From the NCBI GenBank assembly GCA_963665665.1, contig OY762428.1:2496001-2560000 (forward strand): a stretch of 64,000 bases of DNA, in the 5' to 3' direction. Positions 1-11,934 of this stretch are shown here, piece by piece. Made by a program: the position numbers and the translations under genes. Each line of letters begins with the position of its first letter. Within the stretch, counting starts at the first letter, position 1. Source of the DNA: Candidatus Kapaibacterium sp. (GTDB lineage: Bacteria > Bacteroidota > Ignavibacteria > Kapaibacteriales > UBA2268). Below the pieces are notes generated by a model, which saw nothing but the letters and a program-made list of their open reading frames with translations, made no database searches and was not told the DNA's origin.

Positions 1-1
1 C

Positions 2-232
2 GCAGCAGCTGAAGAAGAACAGACTGAATTTGACGTTGAACTTACAGAATTCGGCGGCCAGAAGCTTCAGGTTATTAAAGCTGTTCGCGAAATTACAGGC
101 GTTGGCCTTAAAGAAGCGAAAGACATGGTAGAAGGCGCTCCTAATGTAGTTAAAGAACAGGTTTCTAAAGAAGAAGCAGAAGAAATTAAGAAGAAACTTG
201 AAGAAGCAGGCGCTAAAGTTACTCTTAAGTAA
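2..232 (+). CDS. rplL: 50S ribosomal protein L7/L12, 3' part (5' end outside window)
   Basis: Read by hand: [47 protein letters not shown]...[10 protein letters not shown]; lies directly upstream of rpoB. Confidence 0.97.
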   Translation, partial: AAAEEEQTEFDVELTEFGGQKLQVIKAVREITGVGLKEAKDMVEGAPNVVKEQVSKEEAEEIKKKLEEAGAKVTLK

Positions 233-254
233 TCCAATAGATTATGATGAATCC

Positions 255-281
255 GGGAAAGTGGCTTAAAGCCGCTTTCCC
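255..281 (+). terminator. Hairpin after rplL (attenuator/terminator-like)
   Basis: GGGAAAGTGGC-ttaaa-GCCGCTTTCCC followed by a weak T-rich tail. Confidence 0.5.
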
Positions 282-370
282 AATTGTTCTTTATTTACGG
301 GGCTTTTAGTTCAGATATATTTTGTACAGGACAGCTTCTTTGAAACTTGACCAGATAAAAATATTTAACG

Positions 371-421
371 GGGTTTTCTGAGTTTTTCATTTGGGATTAA
401 TTCAGGAAGTCCTTTTTTTTT
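371..421 (+). terminator. G-U-rich hairpin plus T9 run in the rpoB leader
   Basis: 371-384 can pair with 399-412 (several G-U pairs); T run at 413-421. Confidence 0.4.
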
Positions 422-452
422 CGTTTCGAAAAACCATATCAGGAGGTGTTCA

Positions 453-3400
453 GTGGACGCCAACACAACTCCAACTCAAGAACTCAAGATAATGACGAGC
501 GATGATGGAATTGTCAGACTTAGAGAAAGAGTAAATTTTGCCAAAACAAAACAGTATGCGGGTTACCCTGACCTGCTGAATGTTCAGATAGAATCATTCA
601 AGGATTTTCTGCAGGAACACGTGCATCCGACCTACAGGAGGCCTATTGGCCTTCAGGGCGCTTTCCAGAATAATTTTCCTATCGAAGATGCAACAGCAGT
701 ATTCCAACTTGAATTTATTGAATATTATATAGAAAAACCAAAGTACTCGGAAGAAGAATGCCGCGAAAGGGAGCTTACATTTTCCAAGCCTCTGAAGGCT
801 AAACTAAGGCTTTCCAGCAAGGCCGATAAAGAATCCGAAGATTATATTGATGCCGTGGAGCAGGAAGTATATCTCGGTAACGTTCCTTCGATGACCCCGA
901 GAGGTACTTTTATTATTAATGGCGCCGAGAGAATTATCGTTAGCCAGATACACCGCTCACCTGGCGTATTTTTTGACGATGCTCTCCACCCAAACGGAAC
1001 CAGAATTTATACTGCAAGAATTATCCCGTTCAGGGGTTCATGGGTGGAATTCACTACCGACATACATGATGTAATGTATGCATATATTGACAGGAAGAAG
1101 AAATTCCCTGTTACTACTTTGCTCAGGGCTCTCGGATTTTCTTCAGATGAAGAATTACTCAACCTCTTTGAACTGGCCGAGGATATAGACCAGGCAGATT
1201 TGAACGAAGATATGATAGGCCGCAGGATTGCCTCTGATGTAATTGATATGAATACCGGCGAGATTATTGCCACAAGGGATAACATACTTGAAAAAGAATT
1301 GTATGAAAAAATGGCCGAAACAGAAATTTTCGGTTTAAGGCTGTTTAAATACTCAGATCCCAATGACGAACCGGTTATAGCAAAAACTTTATTAAAAGAT
1401 GCATCCCGTACAAGGGAAGATGCACTTGAAGCAATATACAGGCAGCTACGTTCATCCGAGCCGCCGGATATTGAAACAGCCGAGGGATTACTTGATAAAT
1501 TATTCTTCAATCCTAAGAGATATGACCTTGGTGTTGTTGGACGCTTCAGGATCAATCAAAAACTTAAACTTGAAATCCCGGTAGAAAATACCACACTTAC
1601 TACTGATGATATAGTAGCAATTATAAAAAGACTTATTGAACTGCACGATAAAAAGCAGGCCGGCGATGATATTGATCACCTTGGTAACAGGCGTGTGCGT
1701 ACCGTGGGCGAGCAGCTTACGGCGCAGCTTAACGTGGGCCTTGCAAGAATGGCCAGAACTATCAGGGAAAGGCTTTCAATTCACGATGGAGAAAATCTTA
1801 CTCCGAGTGAACTCGTGAATGCCAGAACAATAAGTTCTGTTATTAATCAGTTCTTTGGAACTAACCAGCTGTCGCAGTTCATGGACCAGACAAACCCGCT
1901 GGCAGAGCTTACTCATAAAAGAAGAACTTCTGCTTTGGGCCCCGGTGGTCTGACAAGGGAGAGGGCAGGATTCGAGGTACGTGACGTTCACTATACTCAT
2001 TACGGAAGGCTTTGCCCGATTGAAACTCCTGAAGGCCCGAATATCGGCCTTATTTCGTCATTGGCTATTCACTCTAAAATAAACGAGTTAGGGTTTATCG
2101 AAACTCCATACCGGGTTGTTAAGGACGGTATAGTTACTGATGACGTTATATATATTACAGCCGAAAAAGAAGACGGGAAGCTGATTATACCTGCTTCAAC
2201 ACCCCTGGATGAAAATGGAAAAATTATCGGGGAAAGAGTTAAGGCCCGTGTATCAGGTGACTACCAGATGCCGAGCCCCGAAATGGTGGATTATATGGAT
2301 GTTTCCACCGATCAGATAACAAGTGCAGCCGCATCGCTGATACCCTTCCTGGAACATGATGATGCCAACCGTGCTCTTATGGGCTCTAATATGCAACGTC
2401 AGGCAGTTCCGCTTCTCAAACCTAAAGCCCCTGTTGTGGGTACAGGTATGGAAGCCCGTGTAGGTAAAGATTCACGTTCGATGATCCTTGCCGAAGGAAA
2501 AGGCGTGGTTGATTATGTATGCGCTGATTATATAAGAGTAAGATATGAAGATACAAGGTCGCAGGATGAAAGGCTCACTTCATTCGAGCGTAAAGATATT
2601 GTAACTTATCCTTTAACAAAATTCTTCCGTTCGAATCAGGATACATGCCTGAATCAGAGGCCTATCGTAAGGGCCGGACAGCCGGTTGTAAAAGGTATGC
2701 CACTGGCCGACGGTGCTTCTACGGAAACAGGCGAACTTGCTCTGGGGCAAAATATTCTTTGTGCGTTCATGCCCTGGCGCGGTTATAACTTCGAGGATGC
2801 TATTATCCTGAGCCAGAGACTTGTAGCGGAAGATATATTTACTTCAATACATATCGAAGAATTTACACTTCAGGTAAGGGATACTAAGAGAGGCGAAGAG
2901 GAATTTACAAGAGAAATTCCTAACGTTAGTGAAGAAGCTACAAAAGATCTGGATGAAGACGGTATTATCCGTACAGGAGCAAAAGTAAGGGAAGGCGATA
3001 TCCTTATTGGTAAGATCACTCCTAAGGGTGAAACCGATCCGACGCCTGAAGAAAAACTTCTCAGGGCTATTTTTGGTGATAAAGCCGGTGATGTTAAAGA
3101 TGTATCTCTTAAAGCAACTCCGGGCCTGAAAGGTGTTGTAATTAATACAAAACTTTTCACAAGACGCCTGCTTACAATGGATAAGGAACAAAGAGCCCTT
3201 GAGAAAAAACGCCAGGAAGAAGTTGAGATCAGGGAAAGGCATGCAATTAAGAAAATTGATGCTGACTTTGTTAACCGCCTTGGTAAGATACTTGACGGCG
3301 AGAAAGTTCTCGGGCTGAAACTGAAGAACGGTGTTACCGTGTTCCGCGGGGGCGCCCAGGTAACTGTTGATATGGTTATCGCAAAGCAAAGAGAAAAACT

Positions 3401-4295
3401 TCTTAAACCAGAACTTATTGATGTATCCGAAGATATAGTTGAAGATCAGCATAAAATGGAACTTATAAGGGAAATGACAAAGAATTTCCTTTTCCAGCGT
3501 TCCGATATGCAGGCCGATTATCATGCGGAAAAAAATAAATTAGCATCAGGCGATGAACTTCAGCCTGGTATCCTTCAGATGGCTAAAGTTTATATCGCTA
3601 AGAAGCGCAAGCTTCAGGTAGGTGATAAAATGGCCGGCCGCCACGGTAACAAAGGTATTGTTTCAAAAATCGTTCCTAACGAGGACATGCCATTCCTTCC
3701 GGATGGTACACCTGTTGATATAGTTTTGAATCCGCTTGGCGTGCCTTCCCGTATGAACCTCGGGCAGCTTTTCGAAACAGCTCTTGGCTGGGCAAGCGGC
3801 AAATTGAACAATCACTATGCTACACCGATTTTCGATGGTGCTTCATGGGAGCAGGTGGGCGACCAGCTTGAAAAAGCAGGGCTTCCACGCGAAGGTAAGA
3901 TACAGCTCCGCGACGGATATACCGGAGAGCCTTTCCATGAAAAAGTAACTGTCGGGGTGATATATATGCTTAAGTTATCTCACCTTGTTGAAGATAAGAT
4001 TCACGCCCGTTCCATTGGGCCATACTCTCTGATTACACAGCAGCCCCTTGGCGGTAAAGCTCAGTTTGGCGGCCAAAGGCTCGGAGAGATGGAGGTTTGG
4101 GCACTTGAAGCTTATGGAGCTGCTCATACCCTGCAGGAAATGATCACTATGAAATCCGATGATGTTCAGGGCAGAGCCAAAATGTATGAAACCATCGTGA
4201 AAGGTGAGAATATGCCGAACCCGAATATTCCCGAATCGTTTAACGTGCTTGTAAGGGAATTGCAGGGCTTATGCCTTGACCTTAATATTGAATAA
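453..4295 (+). CDS. rpoB: DNA-directed RNA polymerase subunit beta
   Basis: 1280 aa; motifs RVRTVGE, SQFMDQTNPL, GDKMAGRHGNKG, GGQRLGEMEVWALEAYGAA; GTG start with AGGAGG RBS. Confidence 0.99.
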   Translation: MDANTTPTQELKIMTSDDGIVRLRERVNFAKTKQYAGYPDLLNVQIESFKDFLQEHVHPTYRRPIGLQGAFQNNFPIEDATAVFQLEFIEYYIEKPKYSEEECRERELTFSKPLKAKLRLSSKADKESEDYIDAVEQEVYLGNVPSMTPRGTFIINGAERIIVSQIHRSPGVFFDDALHPNGTRIYTARIIPFRGSWVEFTTDIHDVMYAYIDRKKKFPVTTLLRALGFSSDEELLNLFELAEDIDQADLNEDMIGRRIASDVIDMNTGEIIATRDNILEKELYEKMAETEIFGLRLFKYSDPNDEPVIAKTLLKDASRTREDALEAIYRQLRSSEPPDIETAEGLLDKLFFNPKRYDLGVVGRFRINQKLKLEIPVENTTLTTDDIVAIIKRLIELHDKKQAGDDIDHLGNRRVRTVGEQLTAQLNVGLARMARTIRERLSIHDGENLTPSELVNARTISSVINQFFGTNQLSQFMDQTNPLAELTHKRRTSALGPGGLTRERAGFEVRDVHYTHYGRLCPIETPEGPNIGLISSLAIHSKINELGFIETPYRVVKDGIVTDDVIYITAEKEDGKLIIPASTPLDENGKIIGERVKARVSGDYQMPSPEMVDYMDVSTDQITSAAASLIPFLEHDDANRALMGSNMQRQAVPLLKPKAPVVGTGMEARVGKDSRSMILAEGKGVVDYVCADYIRVRYEDTRSQDERLTSFERKDIVTYPLTKFFRSNQDTCLNQRPIVRAGQPVVKGMPLADGASTETGELALGQNILCAFMPWRGYNFEDAIILSQRLVAEDIFTSIHIEEFTLQVRDTKRGEEEFTREIPNVSEEATKDLDEDGIIRTGAKVREGDILIGKITPKGETDPTPEEKLLRAIFGDKAGDVKDVSLKATPGLKGVVINTKLFTRRLLTMDKEQRALEKKRQEEVEIRERHAIKKIDADFVNRLGKILDGEKVLGLKLKNGVTVFRGGAQVTVDMVIAKQREKLLKPELIDVSEDIVEDQHKMELIREMTKNFLFQRSDMQADYHAEKNKLASGDELQPGILQMAKVYIAKKRKLQVGDKMAGRHGNKGIVSKIVPNEDMPFLPDGTPVDIVLNPLGVPSRMNLGQLFETALGWASGKLNNHYATPIFDGASWEQVGDQLEKAGLPREGKIQLRDGYTGEPFHEKVTVGVIYMLKLSHLVEDKIHARSIGPYSLITQQPLGGKAQFGGQRLGEMEVWALEAYGAAHTLQEMITMKSDDVQGRAKMYETIVKGENMPNPNIPESFNVLVRELQGLCLDLNIE

Positions 4296-4361
4296 GCGTC
4301 CCGGTATAGTGATTTTGATGATTGAGAATAAATTTTAACATAGATCGAGGAGTTTTATCTT

Positions 4362-7300
4362 ATGCAGTCACATTCAATTCCAAGAAAGGGATTTAGCAGC
4401 ATATCGATAAAAATCGCTTCTCCGGATGATATCCTTAACCGCTCACACGGCGAGGTAACAAAACCGGAAACAATCAATTACAGGTCTTTCAGGCCTGAAA
4501 AAGACGGGCTTTTTTGCGAAAAAATATTCGGCCCGATACGCGATTGGGAATGCGCCTGTGGAAAATATAAAAGAATCAGGTACAAAGGTATCGTCTGTGA
4601 CAGATGTGGTGTTGAAGTAACACAAAAATCCGTTCGCCGCGAACGCATGGGGCATATTATGCTTGCCGTGCCGGTGGTTCATATCTGGTTTCTCCGTACT
4701 CTTCCCAGCAAAATTAGTGCTGTTCTGGGTATGCCGACCAAGGATATTGAAAGAATAGTATATTATGAATCTTATATAGTTGTTCAGCCGGGAAAAACCG
4801 GCCTTCAGCAGAAGGATCTTTTAACTGAAGAGCAATATCTAGAAGTAATGGATACTCTTCCGCCGGAGCAATTTGAAATGGATGTTGATGATCCTAACAA
4901 ATTTATTGCTCTTATTGGCGGTGAGGCTATTAAAGAAATGCTGAAAAGAGTTCAGCCGGAAAAAGATTATCATGAGCTGAAAGAATTACTTAAAGAAGAA
5001 ACCTCGCAGCAGAAAAAAGCTGATCTTCTGAAACGCCTTAGAATACTCGATGCTTTCAAACAGAGTATGAGAGAAGGAATGGAAAACAGGCCCGAGTGGA
5101 TGGTACTGGATGTTATTCCTGTTACTCCGCCGGATTTGCGTCCGCTTGTTCCACTGGAAGGCGGAAGGTTTGCCACTTCTGATCTTAATGACCTTTACAG
5201 AAGGGTTATTATCAGGAATAACAGGCTGAAAAGGCTTATTGATATTAAAGCACCGGAAGTTATCCTCAGGAATGAAAAAAGGATGCTCCAGGAATCAGTT
5301 GACGCCCTGTTCGACAATAGCCGTCGTGCAGTTAGAAGTGAATCGCAGAGAGCATTGAAATCTCTGGCAGATACGCTTAAAGGTAAAACAGGACGTTTTC
5401 GTCAGAACCTGCTTGGTAAACGTGTGGATTATTCCGGCCGTTCTGTTATTGTTGTGGGTCCGGAACTTAAACTTCACGAATGCGGCCTTCCGAAAGATAT
5501 GGCCGTTGAGCTGTTCAAACCATTTATTATCCGCAAACTGATAGAACGCGGACACGTGAAAACAGTGAAAAGTGCTAAGAAGATGGTTGAGCGTAAAACA
5601 AATGAAGTTTGGGATATTCTTGAAAAAGTGATTGAAGGACACCCGGTTATGCTTAACCGTGCTCCAACTCTTCACAGGCTTGGTATCCAGGCATTCCAGC
5701 CGAGGCTTATCGAGGGTAAAGCTATTCAGCTTCATCCGCTTGTATGTACGGCCTTCAACGCTGACTTTGACGGTGACCAGATGGCTGTTCACCTTCCGAT
5801 AAGTTACGAAGCTCAGCTTGAATCACTTCTTCTGATGCTGGCACCGCACAATATCGTGCACACTCAGAATGGCGACCCGATTGCTGTTCCCTCGCAGGAT
5901 ATGGTTCTTGGTGTATATTATATGACTAAGGTTAAGCGCGGCGCTCTTGGCGAAGGAAAAGTATTTTCTTCGACAGAGGAAGTTATTATTGCTTATAATT
6001 CAGAAGCAGTTGAACTTCATGCAAAAATCAGAGTACGTATGAACAAAGCCATGATCGAGACAACTGTTGGCAGGATTATTCTTAACCAGGTTGTTCCGGA
6101 AGAGCTTGGCTTTATCAACGAGCTTTTAACAAAGAAACGCTTGCGTCAGATTATTGGTATTTGCTTCCGTAATGCTGGTTTGGACAAAACTGTCAACTTC
6201 CTTGATGCCCTGAAGCAAACCGGATTTACTCTCGCTACACGTGGAGGCTTATCTGTTAGTGTTGCTGATGTTGTTATTCCGCAGGATAAAGTTACGATTA
6301 TCAATCGGTCGCAGAAAAAAGTTGATGATATATCAATGGCTTATGCCAGTGGTGTTATCAGCTCCGGTGAGCGCTATAATAAAATAATTGATAATTGGTC
6401 TACAGCTACAAATAAAGTAGCCGATCAGTTGTACTCACAATTATCACGGGACAAACAGGGATTCAATACATTCTGGATGATGCTTGACTCCCAGGCCAGG
6501 GGTTCAAAAGAGCAGATCAGACAGCTTGCCGGTATGCGTGGTTTGATGGCTAAACCTAAAAAATCTCTTTCCGGTTCAACCGGTGAATTGATCGAGAACC
6601 CGATTATCTCGAACTTTAAGGAAGGCCTTTCAATCCTTGAATACTTTATTTCAACTCACGGTGCTCGTAAAGGTCTGGCTGATACAGCTCTTAAAACTGC
6701 TGATGCCGGTTACCTTACAAGGAGGCTCCATGACGTTGCCCAGGATGTTATCATTTCAGAATCAGACTGCGGTACTATTCGCGGTGTGGAAATGACAGCC
6801 CTGAAGGAAGGTGAAGAAGTAAAAGAAAGCCTTTACGAACGTATTCTTGGCAGGGTAACTCTTCTTGATGTGGTAGATCCTCTTACAAACGAGATGATAG
6901 CTCGTGCCGGTGATGTTGTTGACGAAAAAATTGCCAGGAGAATTGAACAGACCTCCATTGAAACTGTCACAATTCGTTCAGTACTTACATGCGAATCACG
7001 TCGCGGTGTTTGTGCAAAATGCTATGGCAGGAATATGGCTACTTCCAAACTTGTTGATACAGGCGAGGCTGTTGGAACCATAGCATCACAGTCAATTGGT
7101 GAGCCAGGTACTCAGCTTACTCTTCGTACTTTCCATACCGGTGGTACTGCAATGCTTGTTGCATCCCAGTCTTCTGTTGTTGCGAAGTTTGATGGCCTTA
7201 TCGAATTTGATAATATCAGAACTGTAACCACCCAGGGCGATGAAGAAGAAGTAACTTATGCAATAAGCCGCTCGGGTGTTATTAATATCAAGGATGTTGA

Positions 7301-8642
7301 TTCCGACAGGATATTGACAAAATATGATGTTACCTACGGAGCAGTCCTGAAAGTTAAAGAAGGCGAGGAAATTAAGAAGGGTACTATTATATACGAATGG
7401 GATCCGTACAACTCTACAATTATTACCGAGGTTTCCGGACGTATCAGGTATAAAGACTTGTTGCCAAATATTACATACCGCGAGGTAAATGATGAAACAA
7501 CAGGCCACCAGACAAAAGAAGTTATTGATTCTAAAGATAAAACAAAATCACCTGCTATCGAAGTTGTAGATGACAATGACGAAGTATTGAAAACATACAA
7601 CGTACCTTCAAGGGCTCAGCTTCGTGTGGATGACGGAGATATGATAGGCATGGGTTCCTCTTTGGTTAAAATCCCACGTGACCTTGGCCGTACAAGGGAT
7701 ATTACCGGTGGTTTGCCGAGGGTTACAGAGCTGTTTGAAGCCAGGGCGCCACAAAATCCGGCTGTTGTATCCGATATTGACGGTATTGTTACATTCGGAA
7801 AACCGAAACGAGGCCAGAGAGTGATTGTTGTCACCAGTTTCGATGAAAAAACTGTCCTTGAATACAGTGTTCCGGTTGGTAAATATATCCTTGTTCTTGA
7901 ATCAGATCTTGTACGTGCAGGCGACAGGCTGACTGAAGGCTCGATTAACCCGCATGATATTCTGAGAATAAAAGGCGCAAATGCAGTTCAGGAATATCTT
8001 GTGAACGAGATTCAGGAAGTTTATCGTATGCAGGGTGTGAAGATAAATGATAAACATATCGAAGTTATTGTAAGGCAGATGCTCCAGAAAATTAAGATCA
8101 TCGAATCAGGTGATTCAATATTCCTGGAAAACGATAACGTAGACAGAATCAAGTTTATTGATGAAAATCAGAAACTGAAAAATATGGTTGTGATTACGGA
8201 CAAAGGCGATTCTAAATTCCGTCCGAACCAGCTGCTTCCAAAACGCCAGGTAAGGGAAGTTAATAACGACCTGAAACGCAAAGATAAAGAAATTGCTGCG
8301 TTCAGGCCGGCCGAACCTGCTATTGCCGAACCAATTCTGCTTGGAATCACACAGGCATCATTAACTACTGAGAGCTGGCTCTCGGCTGCTTCCTTCCAGG
8401 AAACAACCAGGGTTCTTTCCGATGCTTCCGTTGCTGCAAAGATTGACGGTCTGATCGGACTAAAAGAGAATATTATTCTTGGCCAGCTTATTCCTGCAGG
8501 TACAGGCCTGCGGCATTATCAGACAATGAATGTCCAAAGTGAGATAGGTAACATTTTTGGAAAGGTGGCAGAAACTCAATCCGAACCTGCTGAAGAAAAA
8601 CAGGAAGATGCAGGTAAAGAAAAAGAGTCAGTTTCAATATAG
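4362..8642 (+). CDS. rpoC: DNA-directed RNA polymerase subunit beta'
   Basis: 1426 aa; NADFDGDQM catalytic motif, N-terminal Zn finger, [12 protein letters not shown]. Confidence 0.99.
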   Translation: MQSHSIPRKGFSSISIKIASPDDILNRSHGEVTKPETINYRSFRPEKDGLFCEKIFGPIRDWECACGKYKRIRYKGIVCDRCGVEVTQKSVRRERMGHIMLAVPVVHIWFLRTLPSKISAVLGMPTKDIERIVYYESYIVVQPGKTGLQQKDLLTEEQYLEVMDTLPPEQFEMDVDDPNKFIALIGGEAIKEMLKRVQPEKDYHELKELLKEETSQQKKADLLKRLRILDAFKQSMREGMENRPEWMVLDVIPVTPPDLRPLVPLEGGRFATSDLNDLYRRVIIRNNRLKRLIDIKAPEVILRNEKRMLQESVDALFDNSRRAVRSESQRALKSLADTLKGKTGRFRQNLLGKRVDYSGRSVIVVGPELKLHECGLPKDMAVELFKPFIIRKLIERGHVKTVKSAKKMVERKTNEVWDILEKVIEGHPVMLNRAPTLHRLGIQAFQPRLIEGKAIQLHPLVCTAFNADFDGDQMAVHLPISYEAQLESLLLMLAPHNIVHTQNGDPIAVPSQDMVLGVYYMTKVKRGALGEGKVFSSTEEVIIAYNSEAVELHAKIRVRMNKAMIETTVGRIILNQVVPEELGFINELLTKKRLRQIIGICFRNAGLDKTVNFLDALKQTGFTLATRGGLSVSVADVVIPQDKVTIINRSQKKVDDISMAYASGVISSGERYNKIIDNWSTATNKVADQLYSQLSRDKQGFNTFWMMLDSQARGSKEQIRQLAGMRGLMAKPKKSLSGSTGELIENPIISNFKEGLSILEYFISTHGARKGLADTALKTADAGYLTRRLHDVAQDVIISESDCGTIRGVEMTALKEGEEVKESLYERILGRVTLLDVVDPLTNEMIARAGDVVDEKIARRIEQTSIETVTIRSVLTCESRRGVCAKCYGRNMATSKLVDTGEAVGTIASQSIGEPGTQLTLRTFHTGGTAMLVASQSSVVAKFDGLIEFDNIRTVTTQGDEEEVTYAISRSGVINIKDVDSDRILTKYDVTYGAVLKVKEGEEIKKGTIIYEWDPYNSTIITEVSGRIRYKDLLPNITYREVNDETTGHQTKEVIDSKDKTKSPAIEVVDDNDEVLKTYNVPSRAQLRVDDGDMIGMGSSLVKIPRDLGRTRDITGGLPRVTELFEARAPQNPAVVSDIDGIVTFGKPKRGQRVIVVTSFDEKTVLEYSVPVGKYILVLESDLVRAGDRLTEGSINPHDILRIKGANAVQEYLVNEIQEVYRMQGVKINDKHIEVIVRQMLQKIKIIESGDSIFLENDNVDRIKFIDENQKLKNMVVITDKGDSKFRPNQLLPKRQVREVNNDLKRKDKEIAAFRPAEPAIAEPILLGITQASLTTESWLSAASFQETTRVLSDASVAAKIDGLIGLKENIILGQLIPAGTGLRHYQTMNVQSEIGNIFGKVAETQSEPAEEKQEDAGKEKESVSI

Positions 8643-8657
8643 AATTAAATATAATTT

Positions 8658-8686
8658 AAAGCCGCTCTGACGGGCGGCTTTTTTTT
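8658..8686 (+). terminator. Rho-independent terminator after rpoC
   Basis: AAAGCCGCTC-tgac-GGGCGGCTTT plus T tract. Confidence 0.85.
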
Positions 8687-8778
8687 GCTCGGGCAATGAT
8701 CGAAATGATAAGGGAGATGACTGAGAAGTCACAAATTGAAATCACACAAATTTTTATTAATTTTTTATCGAGTTTCAA

Positions 8779-10869
8779 ATGGAGCAGATAAAGCAGATTA
8801 GAAACATTGGTATCGCTGCACACATTGATTCAGGAAAAACGACACTTAGCGAAAGAATATTATTTTACACAGGTAAAATACACAGGATTACAGAAGTAAG
8901 GAGTAAAGACGGGGCTGGCCCGACAATGGATTCGATGGACCTTGAAAGAGAAAAAGGTATCACTATCCAGTCGGCGGCCACTTATTGTACATGGGGGGAT
9001 ACCAATATCAATTTGATTGATACTCCCGGTCATATTGATTTTACAGTAGAAGTTGAAAGAGCATTAAGAGTTCTGGATGGCGCGGTTCTTGTTCTTTGCG
9101 GCGTTGCCGGTGTTCAGAGCCAGTCTCTGACTGTTGACAGGCAGATGAAGAGATACAATGTTCCGAGAATTGCCTTTATAAATAAGGTTGACAGGTCCGG
9201 TGCCAACCCGGATAAAGTTGTTTTCCAGTTGGAAGATAAATTGAAACACAGGCCTGTTTTACTTACAATGCCCATAGGCCTGGAGGATCAGTTCCAGGGT
9301 GTTGTTGACCTGCTGAAAATGAAAGCTGTTTATTACAAGGGCGAACAGGGTGAAAAAGTGGAGTATGAAGATATCCCCGCGCACCTGCAGGCCGAGGCTG
9401 AAAAAAGAAGAAAACAGATGATAGAAATTATAGCCGACTATGATGATGTAGTGGCTGAGAAATTCCTGGAAGATGTGGAGCCGGAATATGATGAATTGAT
9501 AGATGCAATCAGGCGTCATACAATCAATCTTCACCTTACACCCGTTCTGGTGGGAACAGCCAAGCAAAATAAAGGAATTCAGACACTTCTTGATGCCGTT
9601 GTCAGTTTCCTTCCTTCACCACTTGATATTGACAATCACGCTCTTGACCTTGACGAGAATGAAGAAAAAGTTGATTTGGAATCTGATCCAAACAAAAAAC
9701 TTGTTGCCAATGCCTTCAAACTTGAGGACGGAAAATACGGACAGCTTACATATATGAGAATTTACCAGGGATCAGTTAAAAAAGGTGACTTTATCGTTAA
9801 CATGAGCAATAAGAAAAAAATAAAAGTTCCAAGGCTTATCAGAATGCATGCAAGCGATATGCATGAAATCGAAGAAGCCGGAGCAGGTGATATTGTTGCT
9901 ATGTTCGGTGTGGATTGTTCATCAGGTGATACTTTTACAGACGGAAGTGTTAATTATTCAATGACTTCCATGTTTGTACCCACCCCTGTTATTGAGCTTA
10001 CAGTGGCCCCGAAGGAAAAATCCTCTCAGGCAAACTTCTCGAAAGCGCTTAACCGCTTCATGAAAGAAGACCCAACCTTCCAGGTAAAAAGAGATGAAGA
10101 AACAGGCGATACTATTATAAGCGGTATGGGTGAACTTCACCTGGATATTTATATTGAAAGGATAAAAAGGGAATATAATTGCGAGATAGTAGTGGGAAGG
10201 CCTAAAGTGGCATACCGCGAAGCAATTTCCAGAAAAGCCGAATTCAATTATACACATAAAAAACAGACCGGCGGTGCCGGACAGTTTGCCCGTGTTGCAG
10301 GGTTTATCGAACCAATCGAAGCTGTTGCCGGTGAAGATTATATGTTTGATAACAAAATTGTGGGCGGCGTTATCCCGAGAGAATACATTCCATCCTGCGA
10401 TAAGGGTTTCAAGGAGCAGCTGAAGGATGGTATTATAATCGAGCAGCCGGTTGTTGGCGTTAAAGTAACAATCAACGACGGGCAGTACCATGCCGTGGAT
10501 TCGTCTGAAATGGCCTTTAAAACAGCTGCAAAATTTGCCATGCGCGAAGCAATTTCCAAAGCCGGGCCGATAATTCTTGAACCTATAATGAAGCTGGAAA
10601 CTGCTGCACCTGAAGAATTCCAGGGTATAGTTATCGGACAGCTTAACCAGCGCAGGGGTATAATTGTTAATACCACTGTGGAAATGGGCTATGTTACGGT
10701 TGAAGCTGAAGTGCCATTGAAAGAGATGTTCGGATATTCTACCGACCTGAGAAGTTCAACACAAGGCAAGGGTGAATTCTCTATGGAGTTCCTCAAATAT
10801 TCACAGGTGCCCAAGGCAGTTCAGGAAGAATTGATAGAAGATTACAGGAAAAATAAAGAAGAGAAGTAA
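8779..10869 (+). CDS. fusA: Elongation factor G, spirochaete/mitochondrial EF-G1 type
   Basis: 696 aa; [50 protein letters not shown]; intact domain IV loops KQTGGAGQF and YHAVDSS; GKGEFSMEF. Confidence 0.95.
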   Translation: MEQIKQIRNIGIAAHIDSGKTTLSERILFYTGKIHRITEVRSKDGAGPTMDSMDLEREKGITIQSAATYCTWGDTNINLIDTPGHIDFTVEVERALRVLDGAVLVLCGVAGVQSQSLTVDRQMKRYNVPRIAFINKVDRSGANPDKVVFQLEDKLKHRPVLLTMPIGLEDQFQGVVDLLKMKAVYYKGEQGEKVEYEDIPAHLQAEAEKRRKQMIEIIADYDDVVAEKFLEDVEPEYDELIDAIRRHTINLHLTPVLVGTAKQNKGIQTLLDAVVSFLPSPLDIDNHALDLDENEEKVDLESDPNKKLVANAFKLEDGKYGQLTYMRIYQGSVKKGDFIVNMSNKKKIKVPRLIRMHASDMHEIEEAGAGDIVAMFGVDCSSGDTFTDGSVNYSMTSMFVPTPVIELTVAPKEKSSQANFSKALNRFMKEDPTFQVKRDEETGDTIISGMGELHLDIYIERIKREYNCEIVVGRPKVAYREAISRKAEFNYTHKKQTGGAGQFARVAGFIEPIEAVAGEDYMFDNKIVGGVIPREYIPSCDKGFKEQLKDGIIIEQPVVGVKVTINDGQYHAVDSSEMAFKTAAKFAMREAISKAGPIILEPIMKLETAAPEEFQGIVIGQLNQRRGIIVNTTVEMGYVTVEAEVPLKEMFGYSTDLRSSTQGKGEFSMEFLKYSQVPKAVQEELIEDYRKNKEEK

Positions 10870-10906
10870 AATATTCGCAATAATTTAAAATATTTTTTAA
10901 AATTTA

Positions 10907-10937
10907 TTTGAAAAAATAAAAACATTGTGTATATTTG
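10907..10937 (+). promoter_or_regulatory. Bacteroidota-type primary-sigma promoter of the str operon
   Basis: TTTG-N19-TATATTTG matches the -33/-7 consensus TTTG/TAnnTTTG, about 70 bp upstream of rpsL. Confidence 0.6.
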
Positions 10938-11009
10938 TAAGCTCTGTTACCTTTTGTTTGTTTATTGTTTATTTTATTTGATGTTATATTATAAAATTGG
11001 AGTTTTTGA

Positions 11010-11384
11010 GTGCCTACAATAAGTCAGTTAATACGAAAAGGTCGTAAAGCGACAAAGGCTAAGAGTAAATCGGCTGCCCTGAAATCATGCCCGCAAAGGC
11101 GCGGGGTGTGCACACGTGTTTACACAACTACTCCCAAGAAGCCTAACTCGGCACTTAGAAAAGTGGCTCGCGTGAGGTTAACCTCCGGTTTTGAGGTTAC
11201 TGCGTACATTCCGGGTGAAGGCCATAACCTTCAGGAGCACTCCATTGTATATATCAGGGGTGGCAGGGTTAAAGACCTTCCTGGTGTCCGCTATCACGTA
11301 ATCCGCGGTACAGCTGATACTCAGGGCGTTGACGGGAGAAACCAGGGACGTTCGAAATACGGAACTAAGAGACCAAAAAAATAA
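11010..11384 (+). CDS. rpsL: 30S ribosomal protein S12
   Basis: [29 protein letters not shown]. Confidence 0.99.
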   Translation: MPTISQLIRKGRKATKAKSKSAALKSCPQRRGVCTRVYTTTPKKPNSALRKVARVRLTSGFEVTAYIPGEGHNLQEHSIVYIRGGRVKDLPGVRYHVIRGTADTQGVDGRNQGRSKYGTKRPKK

Positions 11385-11417
11385 GATTTAGTTAATCATA
11401 AATACAGATGACTTGAG

Positions 11418-11885
11418 ATGAGAAAACGCAGAGCAGAAAAAAGAAAAATCGTTCCGGATCCAAAATATCGTGATGTCCTTATTACAAGGTTCATCAACAA
11501 TATTATGCTGGACGGTAAGAAAAATACTGCAAGGAGACTTCTCTACGATGCATTTGATATCGTTGAGGAAAAAACCAAACAGCCTCCTCTGGAAGTTTTC
11601 AAGCAGGCTATCAACAATGTAGCTCCTGTGCTTGAAGTACGCTCACGCCGAGTGGGTGGCGCAACTTACCAGGTGCCGGTGGAAGTACGCGAGGAAAGAA
11701 GAATCGCCCTTGCTATCCGCTGGATGAAAACATACGCCAAAGCAAGACGCGACAAAACTATGGCTCAGCGCTTAGCTGCTGAATTCATGGCTGCGTCCAA
11801 AGGCGAAGGTTCTTCAGTGAAGAAACGTGATGATACTCACCGCATGGCTGAAGCTAACAAAGCTTTCGCGCATTTCAAGTGGTAG
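11418..11885 (+). CDS. rpsG: 30S ribosomal protein S7
   Basis: [23 protein letters not shown]. Confidence 0.99.
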   Translation: MRKRRAEKRKIVPDPKYRDVLITRFINNIMLDGKKNTARRLLYDAFDIVEEKTKQPPLEVFKQAINNVAPVLEVRSRRVGGATYQVPVEVREERRIALAIRWMKTYAKARRDKTMAQRLAAEFMAASKGEGSSVKKRDDTHRMAEANKAFAHFKW

Positions 11886-11934
11886 TAACTAATGAAATTG
11901 TTCTTTGTCAACAAAATAGCCTGACACTCGGATT

